Positions 50,401 through 62,780 of a stretch of DNA of 64,000 bases are shown here, piece by piece. A model generated the notes under the pieces. The model was not told the origin of the DNA. It was given only the letters and a program-made list of their open reading frames with translations, and did no database searches. Source of the stretch: Klebsormidium nitens (taxonomy: Eukaryota; Plantae; Klebsormidiophyceae); the NCBI GenBank assembly GCA_000708835.1, contig DF237408.1, positions 11,333 to 75,332 on the forward strand, given 5' to 3'. A program made the position numbers and the translations under genes. Each line of letters begins with the position of its first letter. Position 1 is the stretch's first letter.

Positions 50401-53400
50401 ACAGGGGCGGCATTTTGCGTCATGACATTACAGCAGAAGCTGCACAGAGAAGCCATGCTTTGCCTTGAAGCCGGACTCTACTCGAGAGGGTCTCGGGCAG
50501 AAGTGGCTATTACAGTCTAGTATTCTGCGTTTGCTGACGCCTCGTTGTATGAAAGCGGCGGCCTCGTGCGTCACGTTGTGCGCGGGGCTCACCGTCGTGC
50601 GGCGCGCCGGGCCCTCCCGCGGAGACCTTGTTGTTCTTCTTGGTCCGCGAGCCGAAGCACCATCCCGCGCAGCAGGAGCGCGGGCGGGCCTTGTCCTTGG
50701 GCGGCGGGTCCGCGCCGTAGAGCGCCGCGCGACGGAAGACGCAGCCCGTGCCCACGTACATCGGGCCCTGCTGCCCGTCCTGACCGCGCATGTTCACCTA
50801 CCACAACACCGGGAACGGCCAGGGTCAGCCACACGCAGAGACGAAAAATCACGACGAAAGCAAGCAGTAAAGATCTCTAATGTGCTTTTCATTCATGGGA
50901 ATTAGAATGCTTGAGGGGTGGTGCAATTTGTTCCGTTCTCTATACGCAATACGGTTGGATGGCATCCGGTTGGATTCACGCTGCAGACTCCCTGGAGGCG
51001 AAGCTCAAAATCAATAGTGGTGATTCTTTTGCGTCGAGAGGAAGCCGCTCACGTCGAAGAAGACGGTGTTGTGGTTGGCGTAGCGGTCGTTGCGGTCGAC
51101 GCCGTCGAAGCGCTGCGGGAACTGGACGTAGCACACGCGCGGGCCGTGCACCGGGTCCAGCAAGAAACACATGGCCTGCAAACAGGGGTAGCAAAGGGAG
51201 AGTGGTCAGACGAACACCAGCCAAAAGTGCATCTGCTTGGCAACGAATCAAGTAACCGAATTTTTCGTATCAAATGGCAACAGCGACTGACACAGCTGGC
51301 TTGGAGAACGGGGCTGGGTAGCAGTCGGGATGAGCGGCGCGGCTGACCTCCCGGAGGGCGAGCGAGTTGTTGACGTAGTGATCACAGTCCAGGTTGAGTA
51401 CGAAGGGCGCGTTCGAGATGAGGGCGCTCGCGCGCATCTGCGCATGACCACGAACGCGGAGTAGATGAGACGGCCGCTAAGGGGTGGTACAGCAATTTGG
51501 GCCAAGGGACGAAGCCTCCCGGAAAGTTGGATAAGCACGCCACTCAACTTTGACAAGCAGCAACTTGGACAGTCTCAAACGGGTGGTACAGAGGAGGATT
51601 GCGACGCGTGTCCCTCACGAGCGCGTTCATGGCCCCGGCCTTCTTGTTGTGGTCGTGCCCCGGCCGCTTCTCTCTGCTGATGTACACCAGCCGCGGCAGC
51701 GGGCCGCCGTTCACGTCCTGCGTGTCGCCGTCAGGCTGCAGGAACACCTGCGCAAGCGGACACCGCGAGGCTCAGGCACGGGGCGGAACCTCGGCCGCGC
51801 GAGCAAGGCGCAGCGGCTTTGAGCGCCGTACAATCACGGTACAATCACGGTACAATCAAGACTGGCATTATGCACTTTTTTTCACAAGTTGAACCGTGAA
51901 AGAGCTCTGGACGGATCAAAGCCCTCGCCTGTTCTCCTAGACCAGACCAAAGTAGGTAGGTGTCATCAAAAGTTAGCACGGTGGGCGTCCTCATGCTGTG
52001 CGCGTGCGCGCGCTGACCTGGATCATGCCGACGTGGTCCGCGCGGTCGTTCCCGGGCCAGGGCGTGCCGTCGGGCATGGCCCAGCCGTCCGCGGGGCGCA
52101 CCGCCGCCTTGGCCACCAGCGCGTTCACGCGGATCTTGAACTCGTCGTACTCGCGCTGCGCGGCCGCACCAGGCCACGGAACAGTGTCAGATGAGCACGT
52201 CTGGAGTGAAATTGTGAGGATGCAAGGAGGTAGGCGTGTGTGCACCAGGGGCAAACGTTTGAGGAAGCCGGCTCAGAGAGTCGCCTCAAAGGAGATCCGC
52301 TCATTCGTTGCTGTGTCAAAAAGACACATTCGAAGATACGTTCTGGGGCCAACAGCTCCGACTCGAAACGGGATTCGAGAGGATTTGCATTGCGGGGTGT
52401 GCTGACCTTGACTTTGCGGCGCGCCTTGACGAACTCGGGGTGCACCTGGTCGCGCAGGTAGTCCACCTTCTGGATGAAGTACATCTCGGGCGCGCGCGGC
52501 TCGACGCCGAAGGTCTTGCAGAAGGGCACCCAGACGCGCGCGAAGGCGGCGGTCTCGGTGAGCGCCTCGAAGGTGAGCATGGCGGCGCCGTCGTCGGAGA
52601 GGTAGCACGACACCTTGTCCAGCGGGTACTCCATCGCCAGCACGCTCAGCACCACGTTCGCCGTCACCAGCGGCGGCTCCTTCTCGCAGTCCGCCGTGCT
52701 CACGAAAATGTCCACCGCCGCCAGCGCGCTCGCGCCGCCCGCCGGCTCGAACCTGCGCGCGCGCGAGTTTCGCCATCAAGCGGGCGGGCACAGAAATCGT
52801 CCAAGATTCACGCCGTAGATGAACGTGGTGCTGCTGTAACAAGAAAATCTGAATTCAATGAGAACCAAAGTATTAGCAGCATCTGCGATTATTTCTTTCA
52901 CTCGAAGTAGAGAATTTTCGATGGATTCTGCTTTGTAAGAGCGGAACTGAGTTGGCCACGGCGCTGACTTGAGCGCGAGCCGCTGCAGGTAGGTCTCGCG
53001 GTCGATGGGCGACCACTTGGGGATCTGGTCCAGCAGCCACGAGACGCCGAACCAGATCTCGCAGATGACGCTGGCCAGCCACAGCGGGTACGCGTCAGGA
53101 TTGGGGTTCAGGCAGCGCCACCGCAGGAACACCCCCATCACGCCCAGCCGGAGCAGCACCACGAACCTGCGCGGCCAGGGAACGCGGCCGATCAGGGTCT
53201 AAAGGAGGGCAAACGAAGCAGCGAGGGGAGCTGATGTCGGAATCTCATATTTTGGAGCCATGTGCATGTGACGGACACCAAGTTCAAACGCTTCATAACT
53301 GTAACACAGGCTCTGCCGGAATGCAACGCTACCTTTTGAAAGATTCAGATATCCCGTCTGCATAAGTGGTCTTTGATAATTCCAGGAGAATGTATTTTTT

Positions 53401-56400
53401 AGGTTCTATCCTATTCATGAACCGGACCAAATCCAAACCAGCTTCAACAAGACGTGCTTTCGAAGTTTCGCCCTTCTTGAAGATGATCTTTAACCAAATT
53501 AAGCGCACTGATTTTGCAGCTTTGTTCTTGCACTCGTTTCTCTAGGAATTTTTGCTTTCTCATTTCAATCGAGGCCCCGAGATTCAAGCTGCCTTGCATT
53601 AAAGTGAGCCAGAAGCACCAAAATGAGCATCGGGATTAGAAGTCCGTCTGGTTGGCGCGCTAACCGGTACGGGTTGATGAGGCCGGGAGCCACGGGCACC
53701 TTGCGGGACAGAGGCCGCTTCGTGTCGTCCACACTGCAAAAGCACGGGCATCCACATTATTCCAGTTGAGAAAAGAACTGCCGGCAGAAATTGTGTATTG
53801 ATTCAAACCTCCAGTCGCGATTGCAATCGCCTCTAAAGAAAGATTGGTTTCAAACAAGGAGGCAACAGCAGGTGCTACTTCCACGTCCTCTCATCGCCAA
53901 TCTGAAGGACGACAGGCGCAGCCCCCCGGGCAGCTCACCTGGGCAGGCCGCCCGTGTGCCCGTCCCCGCCACCGCCGCCGCTGCCGCCGGGCTGCCACGA
54001 GACGCTGCCGTAGCCGTACGCGTCCATGGGCTTGCTGTCTAGCACCGACACTGCACGGCCACACGCAGCGGCACATGAGCGGAGAAAAACACAGCAGGAA
54101 GGGCGGGCACCAGCCAGTAGCCACAGCGGAGCAGGACCGGTCTACAGCGCAGTCTGCCGAGTTGCCGATTCGTTCGAACTCCGGAAAAGGATGGCGGTCA
54201 GTTGCAGTGGCAAACTGATTCAAGACCGGAAAGAAGCCTTTCTATGGCACTGCGGCGGGCGGGGCTCACGCTGCTGCATGTCGGAGTCGGAGCGCATGAG
54301 GCTGCCCGCCGAGTCCTGGCGCGTCAGCCGCGCCACGTACGAGTCCTCGCGCGCCAGCTTGCGCATCTCCAGGCTTGCGTCCGACGGGGTCAGCACGATG
54401 ACCGGCTCGCGCGCGGGGGCCTGCGAAAAGGAACACAACGCTCAGCCAAAAGAGGAAGGGAGGGCGAGGATTTCAATAAGAAGAGGAGCCTCCTTCTTTC
54501 AGGGAGCTAAGGCTTTCAGGGTTTTTAAGCTGACATACAAAGCCGCTGGAAAGAGCTATATTGAAAATAGAATAGAGCTTACACGTAACTGGTCGATTGC
54601 AGGAGATCCCTCGAGAGGCGGGCTAAAAGTGTGTCGGAAAAGTGATCTGGGGCGCGGGAGTGAGCGAGGGTCCGCTAGCTGACCTGGGCGCGGCGCGTGT
54701 TGACGGCGGGCAGGTGGTGCCGGAACTCCGCCTCCAAGTCCTCCACGTGGTCCTCCTCCTCGTCCTCAGGCACGCGCGGGCTGCCTGCACGCGCGCACGC
54801 GGCCGCGGCCGCTTCTCAGCCACGCAGTACCGGGCACACGAGGGTAAGGCTGGGCCGGACAGAAGCGCATTTGTGTTCTCCTTTCTATTTTGAGCAAGGA
54901 CTGAAACACTGCTTAGAGGTTCAGTTTTGCTGGTCGTTGCAAACGTTTATGGATTGATCAAGGCCTAGGACGCAAGCGAGAGCGTGGATCGGCTGTCGTG
55001 GCGCGCTGCGGGCGCTGACCGCGCATTCTCTTGAAGCGCTCCTTGCAGGCGGGGCAGCGGCCGTCCTCCGCGGCGCGGATGTACTCGTAGCAGGGGCGGC
55101 AGAGCGGGAAGGCGCACTCGCACGGCACGAACTCGCGCCCCGCCACGTCCAGGCCCACCGCCTCGCGGCACACCGAACACGCCGCGAACCCCGGCCGCGC
55201 GCTCACCTGCACAGCATGAAGGAAAGAGAGTTGAGGAGACAAGCTAGATCGCGGATGCCTCCGGTTTACAGCAAAAGGCTGTTGTTAGTAGTGTGTTTCA
55301 CACCTGCGTTCCAAAGATCGGTTTGCCGCAGCACCTAGTGGCGAGCGATCCGAGTGTCCATCTAAAAACTGCGTACTGGTGCTTCAACACTATGTGGGCA
55401 AAACTGACCAGCCAAGAACTGAGCTGGACTTTGGCCCTTGGCGCGGGGCGCGGCTGACCTGCACGGGCGTGTAGGTCTGCGGGTTCTCCACGACGACGAG
55501 CCGCTTCTTGAAGTAGCTGCCGGTCACCATCGCGCCCTCCAGGCTCTGCTCCGACGCCGCGCTGCTCGCGCTGTCCTGCCGCAGGTGCCCGCGCGGCCGC
55601 GCCGCGCCGCGCCGAACCTCCTCGTCCCACACGCCCTCCTCCGCCTGGACCCAAGCAGAGAGGATCGAGCATCAAAGGCAAAAGCCGAAAACAGAGACAT
55701 CACAAACAAGGCTGGTTAAAGCAAGAAATCAAGATACGAACATCCTTTACGCTGCACCTGCAAGCGAGGGCAACGGCACTATCTGACAGCTTCCGTATGT
55801 CTGATCTACTCATAGACCGCAGTCGTAAACATGATCAGTAGTATCAAAGGTTGTCGATTCCCTTATCGTCCGGATCTTTGCATCGTGACCACCCCCGCAC
55901 CTTGAGCGCCTGTTCGCTGGAGTCGTAAAAGTCTTCCCCGCGCGGTGTCCCCTGCGGCTCGCTCTTGTCGCCCACGGAAAGGCGGCCCCGCTGATCGCCC
56001 TTGGCGGCGTCCACGCTGGTGGCCATGTGCACCGGCTGGCCACGCAAAGCACACGACAAGACCTCAGCAGCTGGGCTCAAGCGTGACAAGACAACAAAGG
56101 CTACGCATTTGCCCCTTTGCAGAGTTACCAGCAGTGGGGTCTTTATCTTGTGACAACGTGGTTTTCTGCCTTCAGAGCAAAGCTGATGGAGTTGAAGAAC
56201 CAGTTGAGAGGCAGGCAGGAAAATAGAATGTAGCTACGAACTTACACAAGGTAGGGACTCTTGGGCCATCAAATATTTAAGATCCAAAACCTCCATTCTT
56301 GCAAATTGACAGCAGAGGCATACTCAGACGCATCGATATTCAGAAAAGAGACCATGTGGACGCTGTCTGTGTCACCAAAAAGACAGGCAATCCCTGTCGG

Positions 56401-56679
56401 CTTTCAGATCTGCTCAATCCGAGTGATTCGTGGGACGGACATCAGTAAAGATGAACAGATGTGAAGAGAAGGATCTCCCGGTAGACAGAAGCTGCAAGCC
56501 AGAGTTCGCCTAGCTTGCGCTTTCTTCCCCCCTCTCCTCCCCCGCGCTGCCCCATCTCTTGCTGCTTGGCTCACCGTGGCGCCCTCGTGGGCGGGTGCCT
56601 GGAGGCCCGGCCGCTCCGGGCGCGGGGTGCCGTCGCCGGCAGTCTCCCACAGCCACGCCGCAGAGTCAGGGTCCGCCAT
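47453..56679 (-). CDS. Cellulose synthase superfamily GT2 (CESA/CSLD-like) gene 2, about 25 exons
   Basis: Zinc finger CSVC...[17 protein letters not shown]...CPACK (55020-55180); [21 protein letters not shown]; [10 protein letters not shown]; PLSRKVP...INPYR; [14 protein letters not shown]; YLSDDG (~52590); [11 protein letters not shown]; LNLDCDHY (~51380); VQFPQRFDG; GSVTED (~49700); QVLR|W split by an intron; [19 protein letters not shown]; [10 protein letters not shown]...LLWVKIA* with stop at 47453-47455. Confidence 0.95.
51828..51858 (+). repeat. Intronic tandem repeat, GTACAATCACG x ~2.8
   Basis: Read directly: gtacaatcacg gtacaatcacg gtacaatca, within an intron of CESA-like 2. Confidence 0.85.
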
Positions 56680-59285
56680 GGACGACCAGCACGCACGCAC
56701 GCAGACAGCACACGAAGCAGGCAGAGCGGCAAAAGACGATGCAGCCGGCGACAAAAGAACTTCTGAGAAAGACTGGCTTCACGACAATAAATATACGCGA
56801 ATCACATCACCTTTACAAGGACTGAATAACCATTTGGACCAGTTTCTATGAAGAGACGTCTCAAGCGGAGAGATCACTTGCTCGTGTAGCTGAGCAGGAA
56901 TCGCAAACAAGATCAGGTACTTTCCTATTCGGTATCCTCTTGCTTCGCGTCGCTTCCTCGCACATGCCTTCATGCCTGCCGTGCCTTTGTGGGCCGCCCG
57001 GCCAGGCTGGTGGCCCCACTGTTGGGCCCACCCTTGTGCCCACCCTTGGCTTGTACCCGCTGCGCTCTGCTTGGGAACGCTGGAGAGGAGGTCTTCGAGA
57101 ATCTCGAGCAGCCAGTTATGGAAAGCACCGTCCGAACGAACTGCAGCTTCGTCATTCCCATTCCTCGAATGTGCCACTTAAACGGATCCAGCTCGCGTTT
57201 TGGGGCGCATCAGGGCGTGCTCCAGTTGGGCCGCATGCAGCGTGTGAGTCCTTGTCGTCGCTCCCGAGGTGCCGCCGCTCGACCCCGGGGCCTGCCGGGG
57301 GTGGCGCCTGCTCTGGGCAGGACGTCCAACCTTGGGGGCAGCCAGCAGAGCGGCCGACCAGGGCCGGCAACCAAAACCGCCTGCATCGAACCTCAGAGAA
57401 GTTGAGTCTCTACAACGCCTATACCCTTCCTTAGGTACTAATAGAGGGCGGCTGACTGTATAGGCAAATGCAGCCTTGTGAATGATCGACCGGGGGCCAT
57501 GCATGGAGAGCGGGACCCCTCGGAGGACTCGAACGAGCGTCCGTTGGCAGTTGGCACTGGTCCGTGGCAGCGCGAGCGCGCGAGCAACTAGGCTGGAGCA
57601 ACGATTGCGGAGTGTCGGGGGCGCGCCTGGCCAAGCCCGACACGGAAAATAACGCCCCAAATAATGGTGGCAGAGACACATGCGGATACCTGGCCCTTCT
57701 AAGCGGTGAAAGGAAGATGTCCAAACAGACTGTGAAGTGTGCTCCGCTGAAGCTCGACTAGATCAGAGAACTGCACTTATAGCGACACTATGAACAAAGG
57801 CACCGTTCACTTTCGGTCTTCGCATTTGGCCATAAGGATCCCCCGTCTCTTCTTGATTCACAAAACTCGGTGTCATCTGGCGCAGTCCTTGCATGTCTAG
57901 CAAGTCGGTTCTGCTTGAGCACCGAAACTGTTGGAAACAGGTACAAGTACGCCGACTCTGCTAGAAGTGACCCGCGCTCGAAAAGCCATGACATGAAACA
58001 TAAAGTGTCCGAGTGCCACTTCGGCCGAAATGCATTTATTGTAAAACCTATTAAAGCTGGTACGGTAGTACGGCAGAGAATCCAGATCACTTTGTGCTCT
58101 TCTTAGTCTTGTCTTCTGTTATGCAACGTTAACAAAAACCTTGAGACTGGACTTGGCCCGCTGATCAATAAGCAACTTGAAGCGGCGAGTAGTCAAAGCC
58201 GAGCTTGCCACTAATGACAAGACTCACAAGGTCTAAGCAATGCCGACAAGTGCCACTGATGCGAAGTCCACGGACAGGCCACCTTCAAATCAATCATTTA
58301 CGCAATTCCAAATTGTGATTATCTGAATTCTATAATTGCTATATGTAGATCGACCTCGAACAATTCAGCTCACTGTACTTGAACCAGAAAGCACGTGCAC
58401 TGTGCGGCCAGGCAATGTCTGCTACATTATTGCTACCAACTTGCATATGTCCGTTGCTCGACCCCAGTCCCTCTGCCTTTATACGTACCGCGCGTAGCAT
58501 AATGGCCGGCCCACGCGGTCACCATCACGGCGGAGCGGGTTGTAACTTGTGAACTGTGGAACCGCCAAGCCGACAGCACGAGCTTATTGGGCACGATCGT
58601 GTACGTTGATGTCATGCCGGGCCGGCCCCCACGGTTGAATTATCAAGAATTTCGATGAATCAGCATTAAATGTTGAGCACCAGAACCTAACATGATCTTC
58701 ACCTAGTATATAGCTGATTGGTTGCGCCAGTACGTACCCTGACGTCAAGAGATCCTACATGCCTATTGAACCCAATATATGTCGAGACTCGAAAGCTTCA
58801 TACTCAATTTCCAAAATGGCGCAGCTCTACAATATAGTTCCTTCTTGTCCCTGCAAAAACCGCGCCATGCATACGATCCATTCTTGCTGAAAATCAATAA
58901 CATGCGAATCTAAAGGAAGCGCAGATGCTTCCGAAAGAAACCGCTGCACAAGACTTGAGACTCGCGAGGGAATCCATCAATTGATTCTTGATATTTACAG
59001 TTGATGCAACCTGCTTAACCAATGCTACGCGCCCTACTAAACAAAGACGCCCTGTTGGCATCGAGACCGGACGGGCGTTGTCCAGCGTGTTTCAGAAGTA
59101 CAAACACAGTAAGTACTCTAAAGGTCAATGTTGAATATCTTCCAGTAGCGTCAAGGGAATGCTGATCCTGACAGTCTGTCCAGAAACAGTCTAATCTTAT
59201 TGGATGTCGGAAACCATGGCAATCCAAACCAGCCTCGTTCCACCTGCGGAATGCATCTCAGTCGACGTTGGCAGTATGTCCGGCC

Positions 59286-62200
59286 TCATGCCGCGCAGCT
59301 GCGCACCAGCGGGCTGTGGCGTGCGTCGCGGGTGCTTGCCGGCGTGGCTGGCGGCGTGCGGAACTCACTGTCGACCAGGTCGTCCACGGCCGCGCTGCAC
59401 CACGCCAGCAGCTGCTCCGCCGACACCTCCAGCAGCGCACCCAGCCCGGCCCCCACCACGGCACCGCGCGGCGCACCGCCCACCGCGGGTGCGCCCGGTT
59501 GTTGTGCAGCTTGGCCGTCGGTGAGGCCCCCATGGCCGACAAGGGCTGCCTCGGAAGGTGCCGCCGTGCCCCTCTGCATCGTCGGGAGGGTGCTTCTGCA
59601 GAAGCCGTCGCTTGTGGCCCTCGTCAGGCTGCCCAGCTCGGGCCTGGGCTCTGCCGCATCTCCTCGCCCAATTTGACAGGTCTTGGTGGGCCAGCTCGCC
59701 CCGCACTGCGCTTCCAGCGGCGTGCTGCCGTCCTGGCCCGGGTGTAGCAGGGGGTCCGTGAGCCACTTGACACGCAGGCTGTCCTCCAGGGCCTCCACTG
59801 CGCGCAGCTGCCGCAGGAACAGCGCCGCCGGCTGCCGCGCAGAGGGGGGGCCCACCGACGTCGCCACTGCAGGCTGCACACAGCAAGCACACAGGGGACG
59901 TCGCAGGTCAGGTGGTGCACTTCGGAAGGATGGGCAGGTCCTAGAGAACGAACTTATATAGGACTGGACAAGCACTGAGAATTTCCTATAGGGCTCGCCT
60001 TTTCACATTCAACTCGTGAGCGTTGGATGTTGGCGCGTCGGAAATGCTCATAAGCGAGTCTGAGTCTTTCTTTACGGATCATGTTGCCAGTACGACCAAC
60101 TTGGGTCCCCACCACCACCACAATCAACTGCCTGAGGTGTCTCTGCATGCCTGCGCCCAACTAAAAGGAACGACGATAATGTGAAAGCTGACCTTACCAG
60201 TACTCAAGGGAAACCCGGAACAGATTGGCAACATGAAGACTGATACACACATTGTCGAGACATCAAGCACTGGAGCAGCGCTACTGCGCTGGCAGTGGCT
60301 TCCTTCTGTACAAAACGTCCATTGTTGCACTGATGTAGCCCTCGCTGCTAGTGCTCCGAGCCTTCACGAAAACACAGCTGTGGGGACCGCTTTGCCTCAA
60401 CATGTTAATCTGCTCCAGTCCACAGCGGACCCTCACCTCTGGCCCACGCTCCCCCTCGCTGGGACCCTGTCCCGCTTCTCCGCTGGGCCCGGCCTGCCCC
60501 TCCGCCCTTCCTGCCACCTGCCCTTGCCCGTGCGCTGGCCTGCCCCGCGGGCTGCCGTCTGCCGGACACCCTCCCCTGGCCTCTTCCCCACTGCTCCCTC
60601 GCCCTTGCCCTTCCACCGCACCGCCTGGGCGAGCGCCTGTGGGGCCGGCCTGCACGGCCTCTGTCCTCTCACTATGCAGCATCCTCGTACTCGCTTTGCT
60701 TGAGTCCACTCTGGCAGCCCCCTCCCCTTCCTTTGCTGTGTCTAGCTGCGCCTCTGCCACCTGCCGCAGCCTGCTTCGCACGTCCCCGCCCTCTGCTCCT
60801 GTCCCTGCTCGCGCCAGGTGCTGCTGCAGGTGCGCAATCCCGCTGCGCAGGCCCCTCTGCGTTAGGCTGTCGGTCAGCCGCGCCAGCCCCTCTGCCAGCG
60901 CTGTCTCGCGCGCCATCTCGGCCTGCAGTGCGCGCAGCTCCACCTGCGCTGTGCTGCCGCTGTGCTCCGGCCGGCCCCCCGCCCCCCTGCCTGCGGCGCT
61001 CCCCCTCTGCCGCCGGATGGCCTCCACAAAGTGGCGCGCTTCCTGGTCCACCTCATACGCCGCCGCGGCCAGCACGGCGCCCAGGCCGCCTGCCCGACGC
61101 AGCAGCGCGCTCAGCGGGGCCCCCTCCTTTCCCCCGGCTGGCAGCCCCTGTTCGGAGGGGCTCCGCACCGACTCACTTGCCATGCTGCCCACCAGCGACG
61201 CCTCGCCGGGGTGGGCCGTGCTCCTCTCCCTTGCTGGCAGTGTCGTTTGCACGTTCACCTTGCCCCACCTTTCAGACCGCGGCTGCCCCAAGACCTTGGA
61301 AGGCTCGTTCAAGCCAGGGGCCAGCGCATCTGGCCGCCGCTGTGCTGAACGTTCCTGTGATCCAATGGGATCCCCTTGCTTCCACCCCCCCCTTGGGGCC
61401 CCACTCATCATCCCCTTCACCCCAGCTGCTCCAGAAGGCAGGCCCTGCGGAGCGCCATCAGCCCCTGAGGATGACACTGGTATTGTCCTGCTTGGGGGAG
61501 AATGTGCCAGGAACGGCTGACCTCGAGGTGCAGATATGACACCATGATCTGCGCAGGGCCACACCAAGTCAGCCAGTTGCACGCCAGCATGTGCCCGCTT
61601 TTGAAACAGACTGGCCTCCTGAGTCAAGGGTACTGCGAGCTGGACAGGATGCAAACTCGCAGAACGGGACACCACGCTGGCTTGCAAACACACCACTGAT
61701 CCACTTTGTAGGCTGCAGCTCCCCATGCTATGTTTTCTACAACTGCAGACTATGCTTGTCTCACCATGACCACCTTCTGGGCTCCTCGCCCGCCTTGCAA
61801 AGTCCCGACTTGCAATTGCCGCCGCAAGGGCCATCTTTGAGAATGCTGCTGATGATGCTGGATTGGCCACAGGTGCGCGTCCAGTCTCCGGCCCTGGCCG
61901 CTTGCTGCCCCTCCTGCCGGAGGCCCCCACAGATGCGTCCACAGCAGTTTTCCTCAACCACTGTCCCGAGACAACACCGGGCACCATCAGGGACGAGACG
62001 GAGGAGGGTGCCTTCCAGAAGCGGTCGTCCCAGCTGGGCCGCTGCCTCCCTGCCTGACTGGCTCCCCCGTGCCGCCCCTCCGGCGATGCTGCGCCGCCCT
62101 GCTTCCACGTCACCAGCTGGAGGGCGAGGGTCCCTGCCTCCAGCCTGGCTGCCGTCCGCGCCGCCTCCGTGTAGGCTGCGGGGGCACGCCTGCCGGCCGC

Positions 62201-62780
62201 TGCCGCCTGCAGGGCCAGCTGCAGCTTGTGTGTTCCCGCTCGGGGCAGCGCAACACGCTGTGCATCGCTGATGCTGTCAACTTGGACATTGCTTGGGCTG
62301 CCCGTCCAGGCAGAGGTGGTGCCACCATGCTCCCCTTTGCTTTCCTTCCAAGCAGTGTGTCCTCCTTGAGCGGATGTCTGCCCTACAGCTGGAAGAGATG
62401 GTCCATCTTTCTCGGAGCTTCTGGCTAATTGGTGGGGCCTGCGAGCTCGTTTCAGCCCTCTCCCTGGCTCGAACAGCCTCGACTCAAGGGGGACCCGTGC
62501 AACGCGCTGTGACGCCAGACGGCCGTGCCTTCTCTTTAAAAACGCCTTCCTTGCTGGGGCATTCTCAGGCATTTTGACTTCCGCATCCACCAGGTCTTGG
62601 TCCAGACCCGAGAGTTCCTGCTGACTTGGCCCCCTTTCACCCTGCAGTTCGAGGGGCGCTGGCGCCGCCATGGCACCTGTTGGCACCATCATCTGGCGCC
62701 CTGGCTCAGCTGCTTCAGCCTCATGCAGGCTTTCCTTGTTACTGAACTTCTCAGCTATCGATGTTACTAGAATATTGCCC
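59286..62780 (-). CDS. Hypothetical Ala/Gly/Arg/Ser-rich low-complexity protein with a coiled-coil-like segment; at least 2 exons, both ends uncertain
   Basis: An open frame of more than 2.3 kb (track ORF 60281-62692) stays open upstream to a TAG/CAG acceptor near 62780. There is a likely donor CCAGAG|GTGAGG near 60437 and an acceptor TGTGTGCAG near 59876 leading into an exon reading ...LFLRQLRAVEALEDSLRVKW...CSAAVDDLVD. No family was recognised. Confidence 0.55.

Noticed and set aside
60351-61539. Long + strand ORFs (389 aa and 279 aa)
   Set aside because: These are GC-rich antisense shadows of the 803-aa minus-strand frame, with Pro/Ala/Arg-rich translations and no motifs.
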